A DNA stretch of 64,000 nt, taken from the NCBI GenBank assembly GCA_964658305.1, contig OZ210885.1, positions 12,400,001 to 12,464,000 on the forward strand, in the 5' to 3' direction. Position 1 is the stretch's first letter, and each line of letters opens with the position of its first letter. Made by a program: the position numbers and the translations under genes. This stretch comes from Leptogorgia sarmentosa. Taxonomy: Eukaryota. Positions 23,143-36,699 of the stretch are shown piece by piece. The notes below the pieces were generated by a model that worked only from the letters and a program-made list of their open reading frames with translations, ran no database searches and had not been told where the DNA came from.

Positions 23143-24438
23143 ATGAATAATACGTTGACAACATCTGTGAACAAGTTATTGCATGACGGTGAAGAATATC
23201 GATGGACTGGTTCCCTCAATGAGTTAAAGGAATTTGTCAACAAGAATCTACAAACTAAAGGGGATTGGACTTCGCCTGGTGGTCATGTTAAACTATTTTC
23301 CTCTAAAAGTTCCGATTTCGCTATTAAATGGTATGGCCCACGTTCGCAGAAGCTTACAATTGGGGCTGATAGCAGTGAACACTATCTGGAGGCGAAATTT
23401 ACGAATTTGTCTGTTAGTAATCAAGTGAGCGAAGGCGAACCGCAATTAAATAAAGGTGACGCTTTTAAATCATCAGGGCCGTGTAGCTGTAGTTGTAAAT
23501 GCTCTGGGGGAATCACTGCAGCGAGCCTGGAAGGTATGAAGTTAGATATAGCAATCTTGGAGTCACGTTTTAACTTGGCTCGCCCGTGTGACGAGACAGT
23601 CTCAGAACTAAATACAATTCGAAGCAAGCAACGGGATTTTGAAGCCATTATTCGACAGCAAGACGAAATTATATGCAAACTCTATGAAGATAACATGTTT
23701 TTTAAATCGAAATTGCAATCCTTTATAAACTTAATCCCTGTCGCACCTTATAACAATCAGGAAAACAATTCCGACGATAAAATTAGCTTTGTGAATAATG
23801 TTTGTAAATCACCCTCCACCATTAACAACCAACTCTATGAGAACAAAGACTGCGTACCAGGTGATTCAATAAACCTTTTAGATGAACCACAGTTGAGTGG
23901 TGTTGAGAACAAAGCCCTCAATCATGAAAATAACATCAGTGAGTCAGCTATGGATAACGAGTCAGTGCCTATCGTGACCAATCAGCCCAGCGTCCCAAAC
24001 GCCGATTTCGTAAATAACCGTAAACCAGTTGAAGTAATCAAATTAAACAAAACCAACTGTAAAACTAAACCAGTAATTGGTGCTATTAATAATAATGCCC
24101 CTAGATTCATTACAGATCAGTACAATCAGGCGCCATTCAAACACCCAAAACATTTAACTCCGCGCCCATTTTTAAAGAAAAAAGGGTTCTGTAATAAAGG
24201 ACCCGTGTGCGATTTCCTACATCCAAAACGTCAACCTCATAATAACACGCAACGACCCTTCCACAACACAATGGCCCAAGCTTCCCCTTTACCCAGCTTT
24301 TATTATTCTCCTTTAACTGTGAATCCTTATCATTTCCCTCCCTTTCGGCTCCCAGTGTATCACCCCAGATCCCAACCTTCCCCATACCCCCCTCCATTGA
24401 TGTCAGTACCAACGAGACCTCCAGCAATATTCCTGTGA
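23143..24438 (+). CDS. LINE ORF1-like protein (coiled coil, degenerate CCCH finger, Pro-rich tail)
   Basis: 431-aa ORF directly upstream of the APE-RT ORF; R-x8-C-x5-C-x3-H motif. Confidence 0.7.
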   Translation: MNNTLTTSVNKLLHDGEEYRWTGSLNELKEFVNKNLQTKGDWTSPGGHVKLFSSKSSDFAIKWYGPRSQKLTIGADSSEHYLEAKFTNLSVSNQVSEGEPQLNKGDAFKSSGPCSCSCKCSGGITAASLEGMKLDIAILESRFNLARPCDETVSELNTIRSKQRDFEAIIRQQDEIICKLYEDNMFFKSKLQSFINLIPVAPYNNQENNSDDKISFVNNVCKSPSTINNQLYENKDCVPGDSINLLDEPQLSGVENKALNHENNISESAMDNESVPIVTNQPSVPNADFVNNRKPVEVIKLNKTNCKTKPVIGAINNNAPRFITDQYNQAPFKHPKHLTPRPFLKKKGFCNKGPVCDFLHPKRQPHNNTQRPFHNTMAQASPLPSFYYSPLTVNPYHFPPFRLPVYHPRSQPSPYPPPLMSVPTRPPAIFL

Positions 24439-24442
24439 TAAT

Positions 24443-24738
24443 TAACAATTAGATTACGAGCTCGAGATTTCTATGAGGTGATAGTTGATGAGGGCGAAGC
24501 CCGAATCAACTATCATCTCGTAGAAATCGAGAGCGAGTAATCTAATTGTTTTAGTAGAATCAGAGATCAAACATGAAAATATTGCAAAAAATAATTTAAA
24601 AACGCGTCTCAGAAGACATTTTCTTTAACGAAAATTCACATATTTTGCTACTCGCTATCTATCGAGGAATAGATATCGAGTAGAGTAGCCAATCAAATTG
24701 CAGCATTTGCAATAGTATACGAGTATGATTCTACTAAT
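24443..24738 (+). mobile_element. ~297-bp hairpin repeat inserted between LINE ORF1 and ORF2
   Basis: Near-identical to 15022-15318. Confidence 0.8.
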
Positions 24739-24899
24739 AAGTAATAGATGTCATATATCTGACGGTAGAGAAAACAATGCATTATACAATCGTGCGTCGA
24801 GTTACAGCTCCCCAAGCAATTTAAACTATTCAGCGGAACTATATAATCACGACATAAAATCTAGAAACCCGAATAACTTAATTCAAATTCCGTTGCAAA

Positions 24900-27800
24900 G
24901 ATCGGTCACTAGGCCGAACTTCCTATCAATTTTCTTCAGCAATGTCAGGTCAATGGTCAACAAACTAGATGAACTTTTTGCAACTGTGTCCTCCAACTCC
25001 TTTGGAATTATTGTGATCACTGAGTCATGGCTGTCTTCGCTGATAGACGATAATCTTATCCGTATTCCTGGATACGTAATATATCGAAGAGACCGACCTA
25101 ACAATCAACGAGGCGGAGGTCTTTGTACTTACATAAACTCCCGACTTAATGTTGTCGAACTACGAAACCTGGGCGAACCTGACATCGAAAGCCAATGGTT
25201 CCTTATAAAAATGGATCGCTTACCAAGAGGAATAAACTCTATTATACTGGGAACAGTTTATCATCCCCCTCAGAGCGATGATCGCATTCTCCGTTCACAT
25301 ATTTTCAATTGCCTCGACTCCCTCCTTGCTGTCTATCCGAATTCTGGGATTATACTCCTTGGGGTCTTTAACCAGTTCCAACCAGGTAATTTGTGTTCCT
25401 CTTTTAAACTTAAGAAACTGGTTACGAAGCCCACCAGGCAGTGGCGTAGCCAGACCTTCCGTTTTGGGGGGGCGAGTTCGGGGATCCCGGATGGACGCAC
25501 CCCCCCGAAATTTTTGAAATCTTCATTTCCCAAAATTGCAATTTCCGGACGATATTTTGCAGAATAAATTTAAATGTTTAGGCTTTATATAGATTATTAA
25601 AGATAACAATTTGCCACAAAGTAAATAGAAAACAAAGTTTTCACAATAATGTACTCCACAAATGAGTTTATATTTATTTGAAATGTATGTCTCTTGGTTG
25701 GCAAGGACCTTTCCTGATAACATGGTCCCTGGCTTCTCTTCCACTGGGCAAAGGATACGCAGGGTCGTACTCGTAAGATGAAAGATCTTGAGGAACAGTT
25801 CGCACAGACGCTTCAGCCATTTTTTTCATGTATATACATGATCTGCGCAGCCTGCACTACAGACTGTTGACATTCACACGGTCACACCGCAGTTGTCACA
25901 CGAAACAATTTGCGATGACAGATTGATAGTTGCCGTTGAGACTTGAAGTCGAAGCTTAACCAGGAAGCGCGTAATCAATTTATCAGCTTTGTGTACTAGC
26001 TATTTTCGCACAAGCAATTGATAGTAACTTTCTTATGTCTACTGTTGACTAAGTCTAAAACATACCCCCCCCCAAACAACTTCTGCACGGATTTGGACTT
26101 TTTACGAGAATGGTCTTGGAAGCAATTGGGGGGGCGGTCGCCCCCCCTCGCCCCCCCTTAGCTACGCCACTGCCACCAGGGGGAACAATATTTTAGACCA
26201 AGCATTTTCAACTTTGCTGTCACATTACGAATCTATTACACTACCACCTGTTGGACTATCTGACCACTCCAGTGTTCTCCTTCAACCCACTGGGAGACAG
26301 GCCCCCAGCTTACCAACAACGCGAATTCAAAAACGCGACTGTAGAGCATCAAATAAGAGACGCTTGACCCAGTTCTTAGAAAACTTCAACTGGACGCCCA
26401 TTTTGCGGTTAAACTCATGCGAGCATCAACTAGTAACTTTCCAGACCGTAATCCATGACGCCATTCATTTTTACCTCCCCATTTGCTCTGTCAAAAAACA
26501 TCCCAGCGACAAACCGTGGATCACTCCTACAATTAAAGACACTATTAAAAAACGTCAGCAAGCTTGGGTGAAGAATAACTCGCAAAAATATAAAGCATAT
26601 CATAATAAGGTGATAAACCTTTGTAAAAAGGCGAGGCAACGTTTTTATGCAGACAAAATTGACCATATACACAATACTAACCCCAAAAAGTGGTGGGATA
26701 ATATCAAAATGTTGTCTGGTTTATCAAACATACCACCCATAACAAGTATAACCGTGAACGACACAATATTAAGAGACGTCGATCTCGCGGAGTAAGTAAG
26801 CGAATCATTCAGCCTTGTAGCTGACGATCTACCACCTTTAGCCTTTAACCCTATCCCGGTTTCCGACGTTCCAGATAAGTATATTATCTCTCCAGAAGCT
26901 GTGGAGCTTGCTCTATCTGCTGTTCATGAGCGCAAGTCTGTGGGACCAGATGAAATTCCAAATTGGTTGTTGAAAACCTACGCACCAATTATCTCCAACC
27001 CTGTGTGCTCGATTTATAACTCTTCCATCAGAGAAGGCTATGTCCCTAAGCTATGGAAAAGTGCGGATGTCCTTCCACTTGGGAAGATTCCCCAACCTCA
27101 GTGTGTTGATACCGACCTAAGACCTATATCCTTAACACCCGTGCTAAGCAAAGTCCTTGAAGGTTTTGTTTTTAATTGGATCGCACCCATTGTTATGCCT
27201 CATATTGATTCTTACCAATTTGGAAATGTGAAAAAATCGTCAACTACACACGCCCTTGTGCATCTCCTCCATTACTGGTTATCTGCTCTTGAAGAACCTA
27301 ACACGCTTATTAGAACTTGTCTGATAGACTTTTCAAAGGCGTTTGACCGGATTGACCATAACATTCTGTTACATAAATCGAAATTACTCAATGTCCCTCC
27401 GGTGCTGTTGAACTGGTGCGCTAGCTTCCTTTCTGACAGGCAACAACGTGTTAAATTGCAAAATTGTAAATCAAATTGGAGAACTGTCAACGCTGGAGTA
27501 CCACAAGGGACTAAACTAGGACCCCTATTTTTTCTGATCATGGTGAACGATTTGGCAAGTCAACTACCCTTATATAAATACGTGGACGATAGTGCCCTCT
27601 CAGAAGTTGTGAAAGTCGACAAATCTGACCCGTTAACCTTACAACAAGAGGTAGACAGTGTAAACCAATGGTCAATTGCGAATAATATGAAGCTAAATGT
27701 TGAGAAAACTAAAGAATTCATTGTGTCCTTCCTAACTAACCAACCATCAATCCAGCCTCTGATGATCAACAACCAACATCTTGAGATGGTTCACACTATA

Positions 27801-28319
27801 AAACTCCTGGGTGTTTATTTAACATCTGATCTTAAATGGACAAAACATGTTACCCATATTTGCTCGAAGGCAAGTAAGCGGTTGTATGCACTAAGGCTCC
27901 TTAAGCGTAATGGCGTACAATCAAGAGATCTTCGAAGGTTTTTTTGCAGTTTTATTCGGCCTGTTCTTGAATACGCGTGCCCGGTATGGCATTCTTCTCT
28001 ACCGAATTCACTCAGCGACCAAATCGAACATATCCAAAAACGTGCTCTGAAAATTATCCTACCACACCAGCCGTATCATGAGAGCCTGAATACCTTGAAG
28101 CTGCCTACACTCACCGAAAGAAGAGAGTCGTTGTGCAAGCGTTTTTACAAGAAAATTTACTGTGACACTTCAAGTAAACTATTTGAGTTGTTGCCCAAAC
28201 CAGTCAACCATGAGCACAACCTTAGATATGCTCGAAACATTCCACTTTTTAAATCACATACTAAAAGATTTAGTGATAGCTGTCTACCGTATTGCGTGAG
28301 AAAGTGGGACACATTCTAA
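24900..28319 (+). pseudogene. LINE ORF2 (APE endonuclease plus RT), disrupted
   Basis: NVRS, ITESWL, RRDR..RGGG, YHPP, GVFN (GDFN expected); KPTR|GNNILD split by a hAT MITE; in-frame TAA at 26793-26795; LRPISLT, DFSKAFD, GVPQGTKLGP, YVDD. Confidence 0.9.
25439..26172. mobile_element. Non-autonomous hAT element
   Basis: TIR CAGTGGCGTAGC/GCTACGCCACTG; 8-bp TSD CCACCAGG (25431-25438, 26173-26180). Confidence 0.93.
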
Positions 28320-28697
28320 CTATTATAGTAACTAACCTTTCTATAGTCATAAAGATTTAAGATAAGTATTTTAACGTAGTCTTAATTGTTAAAGTGTAAC
28401 CTTTTTTAATTGTTGAAACATAGCTAGATCTGTTAGAAATGTAACTTGAGTTTTTCAGTTTGCCTGCATGCGTAGACTGCCATTCAAGATTTTTTTAATA
28501 AATTATTATAAATTATTATTATCTTCCGATTCCGTTGTCTGACCGTCTTTTTCTGACATTTCACTCTCTTGATCCTTTAATGGACAGTACATGTTTTCGT
28601 GTCGACGTAGATTAAAACCTCGATTAAATGGCTTTGCTTTCCCGCAGAATTTGCATCTCATTCCGCTAGCAAGGACTGTGTAAAAATGCCTTGTTAT

Positions 28698-28840
28698 TGA
28701 GCACTACCGCACTTTTATTTGAGCATATGAGCATGTGTTTAGGAGCAGTTATGAGCATATGAGCATGTGCTCATATGGAAATGAGCGATTTCGAGCATCG
28801 CTCACAAATGCTCAAAACTGCTCATGAGCGATGCTCATAA
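28698..28840. repeat. GAGCAT/ATGCTC-rich palindromic short-repeat cluster (probable MITE remnant)
   Basis: Repeated gagcatatgagcat and atgctca motifs. Confidence 0.45.
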
Positions 28841-29000
28841 GGCCCGATGGCCCGATTCATCGTGGTAAAACTTTGACTACACATCGTTTCTTCTCTGCGA
28901 GTAATAAAGGCGCTGTCTCATACTCCACTATACCAGTTAATATATTAGCCATTTATCTTTGTCTTTTCCTGAGCTAGAATGTTCTTGTTGCTGCTCTGGC

Positions 29001-32000
29001 CAGGGGCGTAGCGAAGGGGGGGGGGGGGGTCAGGGGGGTACCGGACCCCCCCAATGTTGTCTCTGTCGGCACAAATTGCACTTCTGTCGGCAAATTTAAG
29101 GCGAGAGATAGGTCTTATGCAGATAATTAGAAAAATGTTGGACAATTTTTAAATTTGTCTAATTTTTTTTAAAATTCTGACGGAAGATTAAAAATGACGA
29201 TGTTATATTGGAAAATTCAGAAAATGCCGACGAAATGTCGGCAAAATTTGCGTATCACCCATCCGCAAGGAGTGTAATCTGCCTAATCTGATTAACAAGT
29301 GTTTCTCTTCCTGAACATTATGACATGAGAGAAAGATAATTGAATTGCGCGTCTTACACCACTAGCAAGTCTAGCAAGCGCCTATGAACGTCTATGTATA
29401 ATTATTTCATTTTTAGTACAAAACTATAGGTTTATTATGTTGACAATTTACGTAAACATTGTAGCACGTTTTTATTAATTTTGTGTTCAATGTTCTATAT
29501 AACATTAATCTTTTGACCAACCTTGATTGGCTGGACCTTTAGACCAACCTTGACTTTGGTGTGGGACCAGCGCGTGCGCTATATCCGCATTGATAGTTTG
29601 TTAGGTTTCTAGATCAGTGGTTTTGCGTATTTATTTAATATGAAGGCATTGGAAAATGTTCTGAAGTACGTAAATACGTCCGACTTAGGTGATTCAGGAA
29701 ACTGAGCATTGCCAGAAATTTGATACAGTCAGCGGTTGTGTTTTTAGTATGCGGGCGCACGCGTGAGTGACGTAACCACTCGTAACTTAACAAATTTTAA
29801 AGACGGCTGCCAGATCTGGCTGGAGAAAGAGAAACAATGAACCAGGATACTGGATATTACTCGTATTTAAACAACGTTTGCATCGCAAACTTTACAGGAC
29901 ATGCTTTTCTCGTCGCTGAACAAATATAGTCACATATATACACATATGAACACAAGTATAGTCATCAAAAGCATTTCAGTGCTCGACGTTCTTCTCGCAA
30001 ACCATGGAAAAAGCTCAACTGAAACGCAAGCGAAAGCGAACGAAACTACGATGTCTGGTGTGTCAGCAAACGTTTGATGACGACTATCGAATCCAACATA
30101 ACAAAAAGCATCATGCAAGGATGCTAAATGAGAAGAAATTTATTGCGTATGAGACCGTGGGTGCGCCAGCAAACCCATTTGTTTTTGCACAAAAGAATAA
30201 AAAGGTTAGTAATTATTAATAAGAAAAGGCTGTTAAAAAGCATTAATATTGTGAACAAATTTGTGGTAACACTGTAACATCAATCACTAATTATGCAGTG
30301 TTTGTCTGCGTTCACATATAGGTATCTACAGAATCTACTATTGCGGCTGTCTCAATAAATCCTGGACCTTCTCGCGTGGCTGAAGAGTTGAGGACTGCCC
30401 AAGTCCAAAGCCCCGAACGCGTCACATGTGAGCAAGACCTTGATAAAACCTCTAATAAACCCTCTAAAGAACAGGGGACGGTATTTCATTTTTTAGCGGT
30501 TTATTTTGTGTGCTTTTTGATAAGGCTCTTTTACAAAAATAAAAAATTGTTTTGACTTCAATAGATTTTTCTTGAAAATTCGCGATTGTTTGTTTGAATA
30601 AAGTTAAACAATTGTGTTGTTTAATCTACATGAACAAAAGTATTATATTAACAATACCACCACGCAAACATACAAGCTTACCAAAGGCAAAGGAACTGAT
30701 CAATAATACCTTCTTATTGAGTTATTGTTATTTGTTAAATTTACAGATGTTGGAATTCGAAAAAAATGAAATGAAAGAAAAAGATGAAGTACTTCAATCA
30801 GAAACATGGATACACTGTGCAGGTCACCTCCAATATCTCAAGTCGAAACTTCGTACAAGCGAAACCATTTTACAACAATATCCAGGTACTGTAAGGATTG
30901 CAAATGAAGATCATAAGCATTCGTGTTTCAATTCAGCGTGGTTTAAGGAGTATCCTCACCTAGAGTACAGCATATCAAAGGATTCCGCTTTTTGTTTTGT
31001 TTGCTGCTTGTTTGGTACTGGTCCTGGCGCAGAAAAGGCTGACAGTGCATGGGTCAACGAAGGTGTCCGATCGTGGCACAAGTTCAAAAGTTCTGGTACG
31101 AAAAAGCAAGGAAAACTCGAAGCATTTCTCATCTCAAGCCCATAAGAGTGCGCTCCTTTCCTATGCTCACTTCGCCAAAACCTCTGTACACATCGATGTC
31201 CTGTTGGATAAAACCAAGCGGTTCGCCCTCATTCAAGAAGGGAAAGATCTTCAGCAAAATAGAAGGGTAATTGAGATCTTGTTGGATATTACTAAGACCC
31301 TTGGACGTCAAGGGATTGCCTTCCGCGGTCACCAGAGCGATGATGACGGGAACTTTAAACAAATTGTACAACTAGTGGCAAAGTACTGCCCGGAACTTAG
31401 GCATTGGTTAGATACGTCGCGAATGCGTCCATACCACGTCACCTACTTAAATGCCCAATCGCAAAACGAGTTTATTGAACTCATTGGGCACGAGGTTCAA
31501 CAACGCATAGTTAAAGAAATCGAGGATGCTGGTATGTACTCGGTTATGGCGGATACAACACCAGATGTATCGCACAAAGATCGCCTTGCTATTGCCTGCC
31601 GGTATGTGGATCAGATGGGTCATCCAAGAGAACGTTTAGTATCGCTAACTGAAGCCAAAGACAAGACTGGTGCAGGAGGAGCAGATGAGATTATTGAATC
31701 CTTAACAAAACAAGGATTGAATCTGGATGAGCTGTGTTTCCAAAGCTATGATTACACTGCATCAATGTCGGGCAGGTTCAACGGTGTACAAAAGAAACTC
31801 CAGGACAAGCTCGGAAGAATTGTTCCATACATTCCATGTTTGGCACATCGTTCGAACACCGACATAGAACACAGTTGCAAGGCAAGCCCCATAGTCACTG
31901 AACCGGTAGTACAAAACGCAGCTCTTCCCTGCAAGAGTCGATTCAGTCGATGGAATTAGACAACCCACTTAACCTTCGAAATTGACGCTTAACGTTGGGC

Positions 32001-33309
32001 AGCTCGGGCTGAATCAAAGTCAGTATGGACCAGCTACGAAGCCATTCTAGACAGCCTTTCCAAGCTAGAGGAGTCGAGGGACGACGGTACTGCTTCCTCT
32101 GCTTGTGGTTTACGTTCCAAGTTGCTGCGCCTTGATTTCATTGTGTCAATCATGTTCATGAAGAACATTATGTACAAGACTAAGCAAATGACAGAAACAC
32201 TTCAAAGTGAAGACCTCAACGTGATGGATGCCATTCTCATCATGGAATCGACAGTAAAGAGCCTGGAAAACGTTAGTAATGACATCGAAGGAATGAATGC
32301 AGAGATCCAAGCGGCTTCATCATTTGCCGAGAAGGTTGGAACAGATGTTGACAGCGATTTTCGACGACATCATCGCCAAAGAAAGCCTCCACAAAGAATT
32401 GACGACAATCCCAATACCACCGCAAGTTTAAACGTGGAGTCGTTTTATCGCAAAGAATTCAAGGCCGTCCTGGACACGCAGATCAACACGTTTACGGATG
32501 TCTTGGAAAACTGTGCTGCTAAAATTAAACCTCTACTCGAAACCCTACATCCCGGTACAGAACCATCCTCACTTGAAACCTTTGAAGAACTGGCGAAGTT
32601 TCATCCTGATAAAGATAGACCAGATCCTGATGCTCTAATGCAGACATTAGTAGAGACCTTTAGTTTGCATCTTCAAACGACAAACGCGGATGTTAAAGAT
32701 ATTTCCAGTGCCGCCAAAAAAGCAGAGGGAATGAAATCGGTATTCCCGCTGACCAACAAAGCATTCCGCTCAGCATTAACTGTTCCTGTGACTGTTGCGA
32801 AGGATGAAAGGACTTTTAGTAAGTTAAAAATTGTGAAAAACCTGTGCAGATCAAGGACCAGCGACGAGAGATTAGAAGAACTCATGTTAATGACTTGTGA
32901 AAAGGACATTACGGATGACATACCTGTCCATGATCTAGCCACCGGATGGGCTAGTTTGAAAACAAGGAGAATTGCTATCGCTGACGTTTAATCGGAATTG
33001 CACATAATTATTTTGTTGACAAAGAACTATTTAGTTACTAGTGGTTATCTGTTCTATGTAATTTATTTTGTTTGTGCAACGTTTGGCTCGCTCAAAACTT
33101 GTCCAGAACTTACTCTAATATCGACACAACGTGTAAATAGAAAATATCTTATTAGATATTAAAAAGTCAAAGAATTTTTATCTGACAATTCTTATAAAAA
33201 ATTAACGCATTTCGAAAACCACGCCCAAACCACACCTACGCCACGCCCATTTTGTCGGCAAACTTGAGGCACGTACCCCCCCAATCACATAGCCTTCGCT
33301 ACGCCCATG
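29001..33309 (+). mobile_element. Full-length hAT DNA transposon (ZMYM1/DUF4371-type)
   Basis: TIR CAGGGGCGTAGCGAAGG/CCTTCGCTACGCCCATG; 8-bp TSD GCTCTGGC (28993-29000, 33310-33317). Confidence 0.93.
30004..32991 (+). pseudogene. Spliced hAT transposase (C2H2-like finger, TTF-type Zn finger, DDE core, hATC), frameshifted
   Basis: Exons 30004-30204, 30322-30480, 30747-32991 with GT-AG sites; WFKEYPHLEYS..AFCFVC, ADTTPD, YDYTASMSG, CLAH, ERTFSKLK; frame changes near 31120 and 31900-32020. Confidence 0.85.
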
Positions 33310-34413
33310 GCTCTGGCCTTTTTTTTAATTTGGCTTGTAAGTAAATATTCAATTTTCTTTCCATTTCATTACATTTCCATGTAAAGTTCCTTTGGTTCTT
33401 GAATTAGAATTCATAACAAAAATCATGAAACTTGCAGATGACGTGCAAGAAGTAATCATGGATGCCATTCAAGAGGTATATTGTGCAGCGTCTCAATTAT
33501 GTATTGAAAAATGAACAGAAAAATTAATGTGAACATTTTTTTGTTGGTGTAGTTACAAAATGGGGATGTTTCAAGTCCTGTTGATAATTATGATGCATTT
33601 CAAGATCTAGAGATACAGGATTGTTTTTAAACACACTGCAACTGTAACTGTGTATGTGTAGTAAAAAATGGACTAAATGGAAAATAATATTAGGAGATAC
33701 AGTACAATTCAACCGTGTAATTATGTGTATTTTTTCAGCATCGATTGAATTTATCAATTCAAGAAAACGAAGACATCTCGCAAAGATGTCATGAACAAGA
33801 TGGAATAATGAAATAAAGAAAAGAAATAATAAAAGAAAAGTGATAGCTTGTAGGTATACATATAAATTTGTTTTAATTCTTACAATGTAGTTATCATTGT
33901 TGAGAGAGAGAACAACTCTATTCTCGAAGCGGAAAATGATGAACTAAAAGTGCGAGTTCTTAAAAAACGGTTAAGAACTCATAACAGCCAACATGGGTTC
34001 GTAAACTGCTTTAAAAATTTATAAATCTTTTTCTTGAAGTGGACTATACACTGCAGTAAAGCACAAGTGCGATGCAGGGCAAAGCAAGTTGAGCCCCCCA
34101 TTGTTGCATTAACATTGCATTACTTTTTAAGACTATAGTATAATTAAGTTCTATGGTTCTATGTTGTCCAATAAACAATGTGTTTACGGTATGCAGTAAC
34201 TACTGGAAAGTTTTGAAGAAGCGTTTGAAATGCTTGCTTGTATTACTCATAAAACCAGAGATATGAAGATACTACAGTCCCTGGCAGCTAAACTACTGAA
34301 CTCAGCCTGCAGAGATCCTGATGAATGTTTCAGGCTTCGACTAGAAGCGGAACAATTAAGGGAAGAGGTGGAACAACTAAAGGAAGAGAACTACGCTCTT
34401 GAGTCAAGTATGT

Positions 34414-36288
34414 TCGTGTTGAAACTCTTCCTACTACTGGATTGTTTGTTTTGTTTTCTTTCTTTTTTCAAGAGTCGGTTTTTTCTTTACAAATTTCACT
34501 ATTATTTATGGATCGGGATGAACTTCGTACTAGATGCGACTCATACGAGAAAGAACACTTAAGTTTGTGTGAGCGAGTGAGTAGATCGAATTTAAAGAAC
34601 AGCAATTACATTAAAACATAAAAAGCACTGACATGTTTTTGAGTCGTGTTTTTTTGTATTTTAGATAGCACAACTTCAAAGTATGGCTCAAGAATCTCGA
34701 GAGTTACGAGATGAAGTTCATGTCCTTCGCCACACGAAAAAAACTGTCGTACGTTTTTTAATGTATTATCCATTCAGCCTCATGTTGAAACGCCATCGTG
34801 CACAAACTTTCAATAATCTAACAACACATGTAGAACGATCGGTGCTTTATTAAATATAAATGCACATGTTATACGTGGATATATATCAAATGTGTGATAA
34901 CTGGTACGAAAATATGGACAATGGTAAATTGACAGGGGTGGTTTTCATTGACATTCGTAAAGCTTTCAACTCTATAGACCACGAAATATTGCTTGAAAAG
35001 TTAGCCTATTATGGTGTGTCACAAATTGAATATACATGGTTCCAATCTTATCTTGCGAATCGGCAACAACAGTGCCAAGTTAATGGCTTTATTTCTGGAA
35101 AAAAGGAAATAATTTGTGGGGTTCCCCAAGGGTCAATACTTGGCCCGTTGTTGTTTTTGATTTATATCAACGACTTACCAAATTGCCTTAGGAATACAAC
35201 ACCATGTTTATATGCCGATGATACGCAAGTTTTTGCCGCTTCGTATGACTTTGACGAATTGGCCAATGATATTAAGATTGACTTAGAGAACGTCACGATT
35301 TGGTTAAATGTTAATAAACTCCAATCTCACCCTTCTAAGACCAAACTTATGATAATTGGATCAAAACAAAATTTGATAAATAAGATTGGGGACTTGGATC
35401 CCAGTATTTTTATGAATAATAACCCAGTATCATCTGTTGTGTCGAATAAATGTCAGGTGTTGACCTTGATGATAGTTTAACGTTCCATACTTATATTGAA
35501 AAAATATGTAAAAAGAATTGTGCTGGTATAGGAGTATTGAGGAGAATTAAACCATTCGTCCCTCAAGCCTCTCTTGTTACACTATATACAGCATTAGTTC
35601 AGCCATACATGTGAGTGTAAAACGTGCTTTGTCAAAACATTGAAACATATTGTTTTTAAAGACTGAGCTCTTGTATATTAGCTATCAAAAACTCCTGCTC
35701 TGTCCTCCAAAGAACTACTTTTGATTCCTGAACATACAGTATATGGGGGGTTTATTATCAAATGCGAAAATCATTCTCATCAATCTCATGACCCAATCAC
35801 AATGACAGCTAACATTGACGTCATCGTGATGCTTAAGTGCCATTGGCCCAAGGCTCCAACAAGCGTCTTCAGCGAAATTTGATATTTAGTTTTCAGAAAT
35901 TAGCGTCTATTGCTATATGCTATTTACCGTAGACGCTTTACACTAAAGTCTAAAAGGCTAATCAGATTTGTATTCTTTGAAAAATTTCTTCGCGTTATGG
36001 CTATCTCGAGAGATTCGTCTTGCCAAGATGTTATTGCTCGTGTTGAAACTCTTCCTACTACTGGATTGTTTGTTTTGTTTTCTTTCTTTTTTCAAGAGTC
36101 GATTTATTCTTTACAAATTTCACTATTATTTATAGATCGGGATGAACGTCGTACTAGATGCGACTCATACGAGAAAGAACACTTAAGTTTGTGTGAGCGA
36201 GTGAGTAGATCGAATTTAAAGAGCAGCAATTACATTAAAAGATAAAAAGCACTGACATGTTTTTGAGTCGTGTTTTTTTGTATTATAG
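34414..36288 (+). repeat. ~245-bp direct duplication (34414-34660 and 36038-36288) containing a HOOK exon
   Basis: tcgtgttgaaactcttcctactactggattg...gagtcgtgtttttttgtat occurs twice, flanking a LINE fragment. Confidence 0.85.
34860..35610 (+). mobile_element. LINE RT fragment (CR1/L2-group), truncated at both ends
   Basis: FIDIRKAFNSIDH, GVPQGSILGPLLFLIYINDLP, YADDT; frameshift near 35455. Confidence 0.9.
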
Positions 36289-36699
36289 ATTGCTTTTTCT
36301 TACGTTATTTAGAGAAATTGACGGAGCAAAATATGCAGCAAGAAATTGACGAGCAAGAAGTACGTGACTGGATGGATCGTTCGTGTGTCCTGTGTTTTTT
36401 CATTCAAGTGTTCTGTGGGAGATTTTTACACAGTCAAAAAATTCTTTCGTAATTATCTTTAGGATCTACGGAAAAAAGAATCGATAGAACGTTTGTATAA
36501 TACAACAAGGTTGCGGTGATCATTTTCAATCTTCTTGAAAATTAATAGGCAATAAAACTTGTGTCTCCAGAACACGAGGAGAAACCTGCGTGTTTGGATT
36601 TCGCATTGAATATTTTACATTTATTTATTTGCAGGTTGATCACTTAAAAACGTGTGTGGCGGAAAATGCACAAAGAGGGGACAAGGTGGATTATTTTAC

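Larger units (their letters stand above)
23143..28522 (+). mobile_element. Near full-length APE-type LINE (CR1/L2-group), inactivated
   Basis: ORF1 plus EN-RT ORF2 plus aataaa/(TTA)n tail at about 28497-28522; two nested insertions; true 5' end probably a few hundred bp further upstream. Confidence 0.85.
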
